A stretch of 31,605 nt of DNA from Eledone cirrhosa (taxonomy: Eukaryota): assembly GCA_964016885.1 (NCBI GenBank), contig CAXHJY010000296.1, positions 1-31,605 on the forward strand, in the 5' to 3' direction. Below are positions 1 through 11,795 of the stretch, one piece after another; position 1 is the stretch's first letter; every line of letters begins with the position of its first letter. The notes beneath the pieces are model-generated. The model searched no databases. It worked only from the letters and a program-made list of their open reading frames with translations, and was not told the DNA's origin. A program made the translations under genes and the position numbers.

Positions 1-69
1 GCCCCAAAGAAAATATTGTGTGTGTATGTGTGTGTGTGGGAGGGTGGATGGGTGGGTTGGTAAATCAGT

Positions 70-1027
70 GGTGTGTGGGGTCCACTCAAAATCAGTTTTC
101 AAATTGATCACACGATTTCCAAAGGTATTTTACAGCCATTTTCATGACCCATTGGAGGTGTAAGGGCTTTCTCCGTCTTGCTAGAACCAACAAATATTCA
201 TTTGCGACGAGTACATTGTCTGGAACTTCTTTTTGAAGTCTTCCAGAACCTCCATATAGCGTTCCTTTGTAACTGTAGCAGCGACACCATTTTCCATGAA
301 GAAGAATAGGCTATCAGCCCTCTCTCAGAAATGGAAACCCAGACTACATTTAGCTGAGTGGAGAGGTTACACAGCTACGTAAGTGGCTTTCTCTGACCCT
401 CAGAACACATTGTTCTTAGAGTTGGTGTTTCCCTCTAAGTGAAAGCGGGCTTCATCAGAGGTCCACAGTAGATTAAGAAAATTTGGGTCGTTTGTCATTT
501 TCTCCAGCATTTTCACAGCCATAGCCCTTCTTTTGGTCTTATCAGCTACAGTAAGCTTTTGTTTAGTCTGAATTCTGTAGGGGTACTTTTAAAGATCCTC
601 TTTGACAACCTGTCAGCAAGTTTCTGTGGTTAGACCCATGGATTGACTTCTGCGCAGCGATCGTTTTGGGCCCTGTTCAACAGTCTCTCGGATCATGTCA
701 ATGACTTCATGGGTCGTCCAGAGTGGGTAGGACGGTCTTCAGACATTGTATTGAGGTTCTCCACTGTCTCATAGATCTAAAACTTCTTCCCCCAGTTTTG
801 TATATTGGTTTTGAAAGGAGATGTGTCCCTTCCAAAAAATGTATGAAATTGCTCCTGTACCTGTTTATACGACCCACACAGAAAATCAATCCAGTGCTGG
901 AGCTCTCATTGGAGTCTTATCAGACGTCGTATCTGCCATGTCCTGAAATTTAAGGCTGGCTGGTTAGAAAATGAATACACCGTGACACAAAAACGTACAC
1001 AGGGCCTGTTTCTTTTTAGTAACCCTG
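70..1027 (-). mobile_element. Degenerate Tc1/mariner-superfamily DNA transposon (transposase pseudogene plus left terminus)
   Basis: Minus-strand translation gives SGRP, YPYRIQ, LWTSDEARFHLEG (~436-470) and QDG (~171-180), interrupted by stops and frameshifts. The terminus reads TA-CAGGGTT on the minus strand at 1029-1021, typical of Tc1/mariner TIR starts. Confidence 0.85.
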
Positions 1028-1534
1028 TATATGACGCTTTCTTATCGTTAGTGAGATAACCGTGATATGTTCACTGCTTAAATTACTCCCAGCAAGGTTA
1101 TGTATATTTATTATATTTCTAAAAACGCCTCTCTTTCTTTCTCACCTTCCTCTCTCTGTATGTATAAATGCATATATTTATACAAAATACAATTACCCAG
1201 TGATAAAAGCAACTATACTCATGAAAACAACATTCACTACAACTAAAATCCTCAATTGAAACACTAATATCTAATCAACAAAATCTAGTCATTACAGCAA
1301 ACCTAAGCAACCATGGAAACGCGATAAAAATGCAATTATTCAGATACAAAAAAATCTAACATGTTATACAAAAAAATCAACATCCATTACAACCAAGATC
1401 ATCACCAAAATATATATCTTGAAACTAAAATCCTGAAACTCACAACGAACGTTTAACTCTAAACCAAAGCCAGAAGACAATTGTGAAACACATCAAACCG
1501 TGCCAGAAAGAACAGAGGACACCACACCCGAGGC

Positions 1535-2007
1535 ACTAACACTTGCTTCTTGAAGCTCCCACACTTCAGTGAGGAAACAACAACAGTCATCCACAGAGCT
1601 ATCAACTGGCCCACTCAGGTCCTTCTCTACGCGGACAGCTAACCAAAAGACACTCCACCAGACATGACAACCGCTGCAGGCTAGCCAACTGCCCCATCAA
1701 CGACACAGACCTATGCCACCAGGCTTACGTCGTATACAGACTAGAGTGCGACAAATGCAGCAACTTCTACGTAGGTAGCACCTATAGACCACTCCACATA
1801 AGAATAAAAGAACACCTCAATACTAACGCTTCCTCATTTAAGAAACACCTAGTTAAATGCAAAAATACCGACAAAACCATAACAATTAGGATAGAAACTA
1901 AGGAAAGAAACCTCGGCAATCTTAGAATTAAGGAAGCCCTAATTATAGACAAAACACAACCACCACATCAATAATAGACTAGAACTCAACACCCAATTTA
2001 TAACTTG
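1535..2007 (+). pseudogene. Penelope-like element C-terminal GIY-YIG endonuclease fragment (frameshifted)
   Basis: Frame from 1621 reads ...CRLANCPINDTDLCHQAYVVYRLECDKCSNFYVGSTYRPLHIRIKEHL...KKHLVKC...RIKEALII. A shifted frame continues HINNRLEL. This is the GIY-YIG VVY/YVG-R-EH-E-N pattern with CxxC. Missed by the ORF track. Confidence 0.85.
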
Positions 2008-2063
2008 ATAGAGCATCTAGCCCCATATTTACACCCCCTCCCCCACACACGTACACACACACG

Positions 2064-2147
<84 letters not shown>

Positions 2148-2650
2148 TACACCTCCACTTATTCTCTCTCACACACACACATACACACACAAAGACCAGT
2201 TCTAACACGAGATAACATCTATCCCCCACATTTATGTATAGACATATCTTCCCACACCCACACACACTCACACCTCACACATTCTCCCACACACTTAAAC
2301 AGGCATGTACAAAAAACTCTTTTAAAGGGAGACTACTCTTTATCCACCTAACCTTAACTCTTTGACATTAGAGATAGAACAAATACTCTATACTATTTCC
2401 TGTCAGCATGACTTGGCAAGCTATTTAGAACACTGGTTTAACCGCTTTACTTCCCTCCGAAGAAGAGATATTATCTCGAAAATTAAGGACATTTAAATAA
2501 ATCTAAGGTAAAAGACTAATTGTCAACAATATCTTTTGCATTTGCATTCTTTATTCTATGTCCATACCTGCATTGTTTTGGCTTTATTATACATTTACAA
2601 ACAAAAACTGATTCAATCAACTTATTATCTATCAAACAAATAATAAATTA
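2008..2650 (+). mobile_element. Probable 3' UTR/pseudo-LTR of the upstream Penelope-like element, containing a (CA)n tract
   Basis: Lies directly downstream of the GIY-YIG stop and contains a degenerate hammerhead at 2454-2488. Boundaries are approximate. Confidence 0.5.
2454..2488 (+). ncRNA. Degenerate minimal hammerhead ribozyme
   Basis: cct-CCGAAGA-a-gagat(att)atctc-GAAA-at-TA-agg. U4 is replaced by C, helix I is 3 bp, and helix III is the palindrome AATT. Confidence 0.45.
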
Positions 2651-3427
2651 AACTAAACAATTATGGAAAACTAATATAATCATTCCGTCCTCCGGGGAAA
2701 CGCCTTCTCTATTCTGTCCGCCGGGACCATGCGGCCGTGGGGCGGTCAGTGTGTGGGCTCCCATTTGCTTATAATAGTGAAAGATGGTGGTGGTGGTGGT
2801 GGTGGGGGGGGGGGGGGGGTGAGATGGAAGCAGTGACAGTGGGAATTTGATTCCATTATGTTCAAACCTAATAATTATGTTCAAACCTAATATATATGTA
2901 TATATTTATTATTGAACCTTTTATGCTGATCACTCATTTATGAAATAGTAAATAAATAAGTGGATGAATAAAAACTAAGTTAATAAAGAAAACAATATTT
3001 AGAATTAACCTTTAAAATATAGAATTAGCACTTAAACAAATTAAACCAAAACGTGATGATGTTTACTATCATAGACCACACCTAACAGAATCCAGAAAAC
3101 TGTCCAAAACACGTTATATATCACCATTCAGCCCAATAGTTAAAACATTAAATCTAACTATTAAATAAAAATTGGAAACTAAATTGAAAAAAAAAAAGAA
3201 AAGAAAATAGAAGTGAAATTAATTCTAAAAACTAAAATTATATACCTGGATTTTGGTTGCAAGTATAGCCCCCCCCCCCCAAAAAAAAAATTAAAACTAA
3301 AAATTAACCAAAACCTAAATTGACAGATTTGCCTAAATTCATCAATTAGTAAAGAAAAATATTTCAACTACAACATCCTATGTGAAAACACTCCAATCTA
3401 AGCTTTTCATATCCTATACACATTAAA

Positions 3428-3605
3428 TTCTTCTTCTTCTTCTTCTTCTTCTTCTTCTTCTTCTTCTTCTTCTTCTTCTTCTTCTTCTTCTTCTTCTTCT
3501 TCTTCTTCAGATCATGGGAGCCAGGGTATTCAGACACATCTTCCAGAGTGTCCTATCAGAAGCAACCATTTCCAAATGATCAGCCTGGATCTCCCAGCGG
3601 GCTAT
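3428..3605 (-). mobile_element. 3' end of an RTE-like LINE with (GAA)n tail
   Basis: Minus strand encodes LEMVASDRTLWK, resembling the RTE C-terminal A.DR..W[RK] motif. It is followed by the (GAA)n run at 3428-3508. Confidence 0.55.
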
Positions 3606-3769
3606 CCGAGCTTATGGTTATTATCAAACCATCTTACGTCCCTCATTATTATTTAGATTCTTAATCATCTTTTTCTCTTCGTCTTCACACAAGAGCACAG
3701 AGCAACTTTCGTTATGTACCTCAACTGTCAAGATGGTATCAATAGTAATTTAGATGGTAATCATAATGA

Positions 3770-4160
3770 GTGTGATGGTGGTGGTGGCGATTGTGGTATT
3801 ATTGTTGTTAGTGGTTAGGGTGAAGATTGGGGGTGTGACAATGATGATACTATCGACGAAGGTAATGGCAGTGGTGTTGATACCGATATTTATGATGGAG
3901 ATATAATGGTGGTGATGATATTGATGGTGAAAGTGGTGGTAATAATGTTGGTGATGATGGTGCTGCAGGTGGTTTTAATGATGTTGTCGTTGATGATAGT
4001 GATGATGGTGATAATATTAATGGTGATGGCGGTGGTTTAAATGATGGTAATGAATGTTCTCGCGGTGTTTGTAATGACGGGGGTGGTGATAACGGTGATG
4101 GAAGTGATGATGATGATGGTGTTGGTGGTGGGATTGATGTTGATGATGATGATAGTAATA
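3770..4160. repeat. Degenerate (GAT/GGT)n trinucleotide low-complexity tract
   Basis: Visible in the sequence. Confidence 0.85.
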
Positions 4161-4162
4161 AT

Positions 4163-4348
4163 TATTGTTTCTACTTTTGGCACAAGGCCAGCAATTACCC
4201 CAGGGCATTACTGGTACTTTATTTTATCGTCCCCGTCAGAATGAAAAGCAAAGTTAACCTCGGCGAGATTTGAACTCAGACCGTAAAGGGACGTAACTCT
4301 ATGCCTGAAAGCATGGCGTCCGACCCTCTACCGATACTGCCAATTCAC
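4163..4348 (-). mobile_element. tRNA-derived SINE, family A
   Basis: Reverse complement has A box TGGCAGTATCGG, B box GAGTTCAAATC, core CTTTCAT..GATAAAATAAAGTACCAG and an (ATT) tail. It matches about 10 other copies in the window. Confidence 0.9.
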
Positions 4349-4427
4349 TGTTTCTACTTTTGGCAACAAGGCCAGCAATTACCACAAGTGAATTACTGGT
4401 ACTTTATTTTATCAACCCCTTAAGGAT
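4349..4427 (-). mobile_element. SINE family A, 3' half only
   Basis: tgtttctacttttggcaacaaggccagcaatt...atcaaccccttaaggatga abuts the previous copy. Confidence 0.8.
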
Positions 4428-4429
4428 GA

Positions 4430-4763
4430 TAACAATAATAAGAATAACAAGGATCTGAAGAACAACAAATGCATGATATCAAAATAATCACCAGAAGAAT
4501 CGCAACAACAATAACAACAATAATACCAGCAACAACAACAATAACAACAATAATACCAGCAACAACAACAATAACAACAACATCAGCACTAACAATAACA
4601 ATGGCAACAACAGCAACAAAAACAACAATAATATCAGCAATAACAACAACAACAACAGCAATAACAACAGCAACAACAGCAACGGCAGCAAAAACAGCAA
4701 TAATATCAGTAACAACAACATCAACAATAACAACAGCAACAACGGTGACAACAGTAAAAATAG

Positions 4764-4794
<31 letters not shown>

Positions 4795-4820
4795 AACACC
4801 AGCAATAACAACAACAGCAA
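4430..4820. repeat. Degenerate (AAC/AAT/AGC)n tract
   Basis: Visible in the sequence. It is the source of the poly-T/V/L ORFs. Confidence 0.9.
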
Positions 4821-4985
4821 ATTCCAAAGAACAACAAGAATCAATAATAGTTTTATTAGTATTTAGACAACACCCCCTCCCCAATTAATACCTCTCTACT
4901 TCCAGCCATCACCAATATAAATCGATACAGCATGTCTTTGGGTTTCTACTATCGATTTTCAGATTTATTTTACACGCTCGTGTGT

Positions 4986-6070
<1,085 letters not shown>

Positions 6071-6225
6071 TTACGTAAGGTAAATATGCCCTTTGGCAGC
6101 CATCTTGTTACCCATAGGCAGATCTCACACAATGCAGCCTCGACAGATGAGTACTGCTTGATTATGGCTGACAGCTGATGAAACAAAGGCACCATAGTAA
6201 AAACTAATATATGGAACATTATTTT

Positions 6226-6410
6226 GTGGATTGGCAGTATCGGTAGAGGGTCGGACGCCATGCTTTCCAGCATAGTTACTTCCCTTTACGATCTGAGTTC
6301 AAATCCCGCCGAGGTTGACTTTGCCTTTCATCCTTACGGGGTCGATAAAATAAAGTACCAGTAATGCACTGGGTAATTGCTGGCCTTGTGCCTAAAGTAG
6401 AAACAATTAT
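6226..6410 (+). mobile_element. tRNA-derived SINE, family A
   Basis: ttggcagtatcggtagagggtcggacgcc...gagttcaaatcccgccgagg...gtagaaacaattatt. Confidence 0.92.
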
Positions 6411-6430
6411 TTTAATTTATATTCCTTTGA

Positions 6431-6550
6431 GTTCCGATGAGCCACTCTGTTTTTTAAATATGTTAATTATTTTCAACTGAACCAGATCAATTATGATACA
6501 TAGTCATCTGATCCAGAAATATTATACGGAGTAGCGAAACAATTGTAAAC
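6431..6550 (+). ncRNA. Hammerhead ribozyme-like motif with extended helix II
   Basis: gtt-CCGATGA-gccactctgt...(75 nt)...acggagtagc-GAAA-caattg-TA-aac. The helix II base pairs 9/10, helix III is the palindrome ACAATTGT, and U4 is replaced by C. Confidence 0.6.
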
Positions 6551-6677
6551 GGGCATTATTATTATTAATATTATTATTATTATTATTCTCTACATTCCTT
6601 ACATCAAACTAAATATGTTGACAATCTTTTAATAATGTCTTCCTTGTAAAATTTGTGGTCTTCTTTTGCTTAACTAA

Positions 6678-6752
<75 letters not shown>

Positions 6753-6771
6753 TAAAATAAAATATATTTAT

Positions 6772-6854
<83 letters not shown>

Positions 6855-6937
6855 GGAAGTGAGTTTTATTGTAGTACAATAAAGCAATGCAGATATCGGA
6901 TAAGAAGCACTCTACAGTTTGTAGGACTGGAGTATGC

Positions 6938-7561
6938 ATAATATAAGATCAAAAGATGGTTAAAGGAGTTCAATGTATTTTATTATGCGCATTTCAAAAA
7001 CAAACATCATCATGCAATAATATTTGTGTTTTCATCAGATAAAACAGGAGAACATGATATGAAGGCTAAAAAACACTTGTGGATAGTGCAGTTTTAAATC
7101 AACATATGAAAAGTGGTTTTAGATTGATGTGTGATATTGGGAAAAAAATATTTTATTTAGAGAGGAGGGGGGGGGGGGGTTGGAAAGGATGAAAAGGGAA
7201 GGAGATGAGAGGGAGAGATGGGTGATAGAGAGAAAGAGATAGTTTTTATAACTGAGAGGAGATATATTTTTTACATAGAGAGGTTGAAAACCGTTGGAAG
7301 ATACTGTATAAATTAAAAATTTTGAAAATTAACGAAGGGAGGATATGTGCGAGGAAAAAATATTTTATTTAGGGAGGGGGGCATGAAAAAAAGGGGGAGG
7401 AGATGAGAGTGAAGGTGGAGAGGGAGAGATGGGTGATAGAGAGAAAGAGATAGTTTTTATAACTGAGAAAAAGATATATTGTTTTAACATAGAGAGGTTG
7501 GGAACCGTTGGAAGATAATGTATAAATTAAAGGAATTTGAAAATTAACGAAGGGAAATTAT
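6938..7561 (-). repeat. 3' pseudo-LTR arm (inverted repeat partner of 9292-9906)
   Basis: Compared by eye, it is near-identical to the reverse complement of 9292-9906, with a few substitutions and a poly-G length difference. It contains an internal ~210-bp tandem duplication (about 7141-7340 and 7354-7555). Confidence 0.95.
6976..7046 (-). ncRNA. Type I hammerhead ribozyme (PLE pseudo-LTR)
   Basis: Exact reverse complement of the motif at 9798-9868. Confidence 0.85.
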
Positions 7562-8070
7562 GTATGAAGATAGAGAGAAAAAAATAATAATTGTGGATGA
7601 ATATTCTAACGTCAAAAAAAGAAATGTATGTATTGTGGCAATTTCAAAATTAACGAAGAGAAAAATTATTAAGGTTTGTGTGTAGAAGGATTTGAGAAAA
7701 ATAATGTGAAGTTAAAGTTTGTATATTGGTTGAATTGATAATATATGCGAATAAAGAGTTAATATGTATTAATAATGAGTTCGTTGATGGGGAGAAAAAA
7801 ATAATAAATTAAGGATGAAATTGAGATTAAAAAGATTTATGATAGAGAGAAAAAATAATAATGATTGCGGATGAATATTCTAACGTCAAAAAACAACAAA
7901 TGTATATGTTATGAAGGATTTTACAAGGTGAAGATAGAAAGAGGGTAATGAGTAAACAAGTATTATAGAGTGTATAATGCCCTTTAAAGTAAGGTAGATG
8001 GGTATATTTTAAAGAGGTGTATGTATATGTGCCTTTGAGAAAAGATTCTAAATTGATAAAGAATTGAATA

Positions 8071-9291
8071 TTAACTGTATACTTTGTGAAAAGTTCTATG
8101 GAATTTATGCAGGCAGATAGAAAACAAATCTGTGCGTCTATTTATTATAGAATCTAGGTTAGAGATAATGGTAAATTTTTCATTTAGGCAGAGATTACAG
8201 ATTTTAGATAGAGAGCTGTTCAAGTATGAGGATGCAGAAGAAATCTTCTTCCAAAAGATGGTATATTTAATGTTTTTGTCTTTTAAGGACCATATGAGTT
8301 CTGAGAGAGCAGTGTTAGTTCTTTTAAGTTTGTATTTGAAAGATGAATGATGATTATAGAGACGAGCTTTAAAAGAGGTGGAAGTGGAGCCAAAATAGGT
8401 GAAGGAATTGGTGCTAGTTATAATTTTACATTCATAAATTAAGTTTTTATCGAGACAATGGTTGTTGAGAGGACATTTATTTTTAATGCGGCAGTTGCAA
8501 TTAGAGAGATTATTAATGAGTGATCTAGTGTTATCTATAGAAGGAATTGGATTGGAGAAGTTGTTTGCGATAGGAATAATAGGAATAATAGTTTCTTGAT
8601 TTAGAGTTGGATTATGAACATTTAGCGAAGTTGTGTTTGACGTTGTATTTGGGTTTACAGAAGTTAGCCTAGGGTTTACAATGACGTCGGGAGTACTATT
8701 ACTGTTATTATGAAATTCAATATTGGAAGGAAGAGATTTAGTATTTAGTATTTTATTGTTGTGTTTAGAGATGATGTTGGAAATATTGGAGGATGTAGAA
8801 TACGAAAATTTGATGGTGTGTTTGTTAAATATTTTACTATAGATATGTGAGGGAGGGAAGCATTTATTTAAGGCACTAAAGAATAATTTAGGAATATTGT
8901 TATTAATAGAGATGGAGAAAGGAGCATTATACCAGATTATGTTTTTGTATCTAGGTCTTTTATTAAAATTATTGGAATGGTCATGATTAATTATTCTACT
9001 GTAAGTTTTTCTAGAATTTGTTTCTTTACTATATTTGATTTTATCTGGATAGCCGGCTTTAGAAAGTGCGTTATTATAGTAATTGGCGTTAGCATCAAAG
9101 ATGTTTTTATTAGAAGATATGTTAGATATTCTATTTCCAATATTATTAACTATAGCATTCTTGATATTGGTAGGATGGTTAGATTTAAAGTTAACATAAT
9201 TAAGGTTCTCATTGTTTTTATGGTAAGGGTAATATAGGCCAGTGTCAAGATTAAGAGATACATCCAAGAAATTAGCTAGTTTGATACTATT
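8071..9291 (-). CDS. Penelope-like polyprotein C-terminal part (RT thumb, linker, GIY-YIG endonuclease), 5'-truncated
   Basis: Open frame: NFLDVSLNLDTGLYYPYHK..YVNFKSNHP (RT motif 7/thumb), IIWYNAPFS, CNC-x5-CPL-x3-C, LIYECKI..TYFGST..FKARLYNH (GIY-YIG), CNLCLNEK..INRR..CLH. The track start at 9267 is a TTG Leu codon. The frame begins at the inversion junction, so there is no true start codon. Confidence 0.9.
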   Translation of the reverse strand, partial: NSIKLANFLDVSLNLDTGLYYPYHKNNENLNYVNFKSNHPTNIKNAIVNNIGNRISNISSNKNIFDANANYYNNALSKAGYPDKIKYSKETNSRKTYSRIINHDHSNNFNKRPRYKNIIWYNAPFSISINNNIPKLFFSALNKCFPPSHIYSKIFNKHTIKFSYSTSSNISNIISKHNNKILNTKSLPSNIEFHNNSNSTPDVIVNPRLTSVNPNTTSNTTSLNVHNPTLNQETIIPIIPIANNFSNPIPSIDNTRSLINNLSNCNCRIKNKCPLNNHCLDKNLIYECKIITSTNSFTYFGSTSTSFKARLYNHHSSFKYKLKRTNTALSELIWSLKDKNIKYTIFWKKISSASSYLNSSLSKICNLCLNEKFTIISNLDSIINRRTDLFSICLHKFHRTFHKVYS

Positions 9292-9906
9292 ATAATTTCC
9301 CTTCGTTAATTTTCAAATTCCTTTAATTTATACATTATCTTCCAACGGTTCCCAACCTCTCTATGTTAAAACAATATATCTTTTTCTCAGTTATAAAAAC
9401 TATCTCTTTCTCTCTATCACCCATCTCTCCCTCTCCACCTTCACTCTCATCTCCTCCCCCTTTTTTTCCTGCCCCCCTCCCTAAATAAAATATTTTTTCC
9501 TCGCACATATCCTCCCTTCGTTAATTTTCAAAATTTTTAATTTATACAGTATCTTCCAACGGTTTTCAACCTCTCTATGTAAAAAATATATCTCCTCTCA
9601 GTTATAAAAACTATCTCTTTCTCTCTATCACCCATCTCTCCCTCTCATCTCCTTCCCTTTTCATCCTTTCCACCCCCCCCTCTCTAAATAAAATATTTTT
9701 TTCCCAATATCACACATCAATCTAAAACCACTTTTCATATGTTGATTTAAAACTGCACTATCCACAAGTGTTTTTTAGCCTTCATATCATGTTCTCCTGT
9801 TTTATCTGATGAAAACACAAATATTATTGCATGATGATGTTTGTTTTTGAAATGCGCATAATAAAATACATGGAACTCCTTTAACCATCTTTTGATCTTA
9901 TATTAT
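9292..9906 (+). repeat. Inverted 5' pseudo-LTR arm
   Basis: Reverse complement of 6938-7561, joined directly to the truncated ORF. Confidence 0.95.
9798..9868 (+). ncRNA. Type I hammerhead ribozyme (PLE pseudo-LTR)
   Basis: tgttttat-CTGATGA-aaacacaaatattatt(gcat)gatgatgtttgttttt-GAAA-tgcgca-TA-ataaaata. Helix I is 8 bp, helix II about 15 bp, and helix III is the palindrome ATGCGCAT. Predicted cleavage is after 9860. Confidence 0.88.
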
Positions 9907-9943
9907 ATATATATATATACATATTATATATATATATATATAT

Positions 9944-10112
9944 AACAAAGGAATTGTGGTAAGGAACCAGAGTACTCAATACATAGGGTAGTAGAGTGGG
10001 AAATAGGAAAAAGTATGACCCCGACGGCAGAGCTCAGCCGTTTTGACGGCGATTTCAGTCCAGAAATAGCCGTCGAAACGGCTTGAGCTCTGCCGTCGGG
10101 GTCATACTTTTT

Positions 10113-10117
<5 letters not shown>
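9944..10117 (-). mobile_element. Short fold-back PLE terminal fragment with hammerhead 3' half
   Basis: Inverted repeat 10003-10117. The right arm has GAAA-cggc(ttgagctct)gccg-TC. There is a one-sided extension at 9944-10002 and (TA)n on both sides. Confidence 0.7.
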
Positions 10118-10191
<74 letters not shown>

Positions 10192-10416
10192 TATATATAT
10201 ATATATATGTATGTATATATACGTACATATGTATGTGTGTGTGTGTATATATCTATATATCTATATACATACATTTACACACATACACACACACACACCG
10301 CACATATATATGTATATATATATATATGTATATATAGTTCAAGTACAAACAAGACAAACACAAAGATGCAAAAACACAGACTTTTTAGGTTCACGATTGG
10401 GAAGAGGTAATGCGGG

Positions 10417-10452
10417 TTTCAACGTATCGGACATAAGTCCTTCTTTAGGAAA
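10417..10452 (-). ncRNA. Degenerate minimal hammerhead in a probable PLE terminal fragment (~10338-10480)
   Basis: Minus strand: tttc-CTAAAGA-a-ggac(ttat)gtcc-GATA-cg-TT-gaaa. Two core substitutions are present, and helices I and II are intact. Confidence 0.5.
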
Positions 10453-10489
10453 TAGTAAAGTTCGGAGAGAGAGGTTGAAAAAAATATTA

Positions 10490-10670
10490 ATTGTTTCTAC
10501 TTTTGGCACAAGGCCACCAATTACCCAGTGCATTACTGGTACTTTATTTTATCGACCCCGTAAGGATGAAAGGCAAAGTTAACCTCAGCGGGATTTGAAC
10601 TCAGAATGGCAAGGGCCGTAACTCTATGCGTCAAAGCATGGCGTCCGACCCTCTACCGATACTGCCAACC
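10490..10670 (-). mobile_element. tRNA-derived SINE, family A
   Basis: Full-length match to the other copies. Confidence 0.92.
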
Positions 10671-10939
10671 CATGATGGCTGAGGAGGGTAGGTAAGTAGT
10701 CCATCTGATTATGCAGATAAGAGCAAAATTCACGAGCACTCTATCTCAAAATTATTTTTGAAAAGCACAAGAAATGCGCAACCGGTAAAAACTTAAAACT
10801 AAAACTGAATACTAACTAATACTTATTACTAATTTATACTTATTCATAATTAAACTATTTTTCACTGGGAAAAATTTGTCAGCATTTTTACTAATATATA
10901 TATATATATACATTTTTACTAATATATATATATATATGA

Positions 10940-11500
10940 TCTTTGACTGATGAATAGCTCTTGTTTATTTTAACACGTCTGTTGAGAACTCTTATTCGAT
11001 ATGTGATTTTTTGTATTCTTACAAAATTTACACTTACTGAATTCTTTCGCCATATATAGGGGTTCCCTCCCTTGCTGGACTACACGTGCGTCCAGTAACA
11101 GGTCCCCTTGTATTCTTGAACGAAACATCCGTTGAGAAAGCACGTTCCACGTTCATCTTTACTAGAAGTCAGATATTTTTTGTGGGCTGACAGTAATTGA
11201 TTAAGGAACTTCAGAAACCCAAAAAGCTAAAATTTAACATCCTTCTAGCGGGTCCGGGTGAGTTTTTTACATTCATTTAATCTATTAATTTATCCATTTT
11301 TTATTTGAGTGACCCGAATTTTCCTGGTCGGTTTTTTTCGGCTGTGCGATTGATTCTAAGCATCGTCTTTATGTGTTGGTATTTTAACGATAGTTATAGC
11401 TCTGGTTCATCCAAACTATTGAGCCCTCTGCTACACATGTCGAAGTTTGTTTATCGTTATTTCGTGGGCCGAAATTCTGATTCTCGATTATTTACTTGTA
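10940..11500 (-). mobile_element. Possible old PLE 3' end (decayed GIY-YIG C-terminus plus terminal region)
   Basis: Minus strand gives RESEFRPTK..FDMCSRG, loosely like PLE endonuclease C-termini. A hairpin ttgctggac/gtccagtaa lies at about 11072-11098. Flanked by (TA)n. Confidence 0.3.
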
Positions 11501-11509
11501 TATATATAT

Positions 11510-11795
11510 ATTAGAAATTAGAAATTATAAGCTTTCACCGTATTTTAGACTAAATAAATTTCTAGCCTGATAGTGGGGTTTATAACCCTCGGAGAAATGG
11601 AAAGAGATGAGTGTTGCCATACATGTACAGCAACACTCATCTTTTTCCATTTCTCCGAGGGTTATAAACCCCACTATCAGGCTAGAAATTTATTTAGTCT
11701 AAAATACGGTGAAAGCTTATAATTTCTAATTTCTAATTTTCAAACTCGCGCACCGTTTCAAAAACATACTTACATGTTTACATTTATAATTTGCT

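Larger units (their letters stand above)
6852..9906 (-). mobile_element. 5'-truncated Penelope-like retroelement with inverted pseudo-LTR, inserted between (TA)n tracts
   Basis: RT-thumb plus GIY-YIG ORF at 8071-9291. Segment 6938-7561 is the reverse complement of 9292-9906. Each arm has a hammerhead, and (TA)n lies on both sides. Confidence 0.92.

Noticed and set aside
440-462. CTGATGA on the minus strand
   Set aside because: It is the SDE codons of the mariner transposase, with no GAAA or helices.
2740-2757. Minus-strand ggccgcatggtcccggc near 2721-2737, resembling the start of the HDV genomic ribozyme
   Set aside because: The downstream P3/L3 and P1 partner strands are absent, so this is probably chance.
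6226-6320. tRNA-like A and B boxes
   Set aside because: These are SINE heads repeated about 11 times with a common body and tail, not tRNA genes.
8071-9267. Treating the 398-aa ORF as a complete gene
   Set aside because: The start is a TTG inside RT motif FLDV. The catalytic RT core is lost at the inversion junction.
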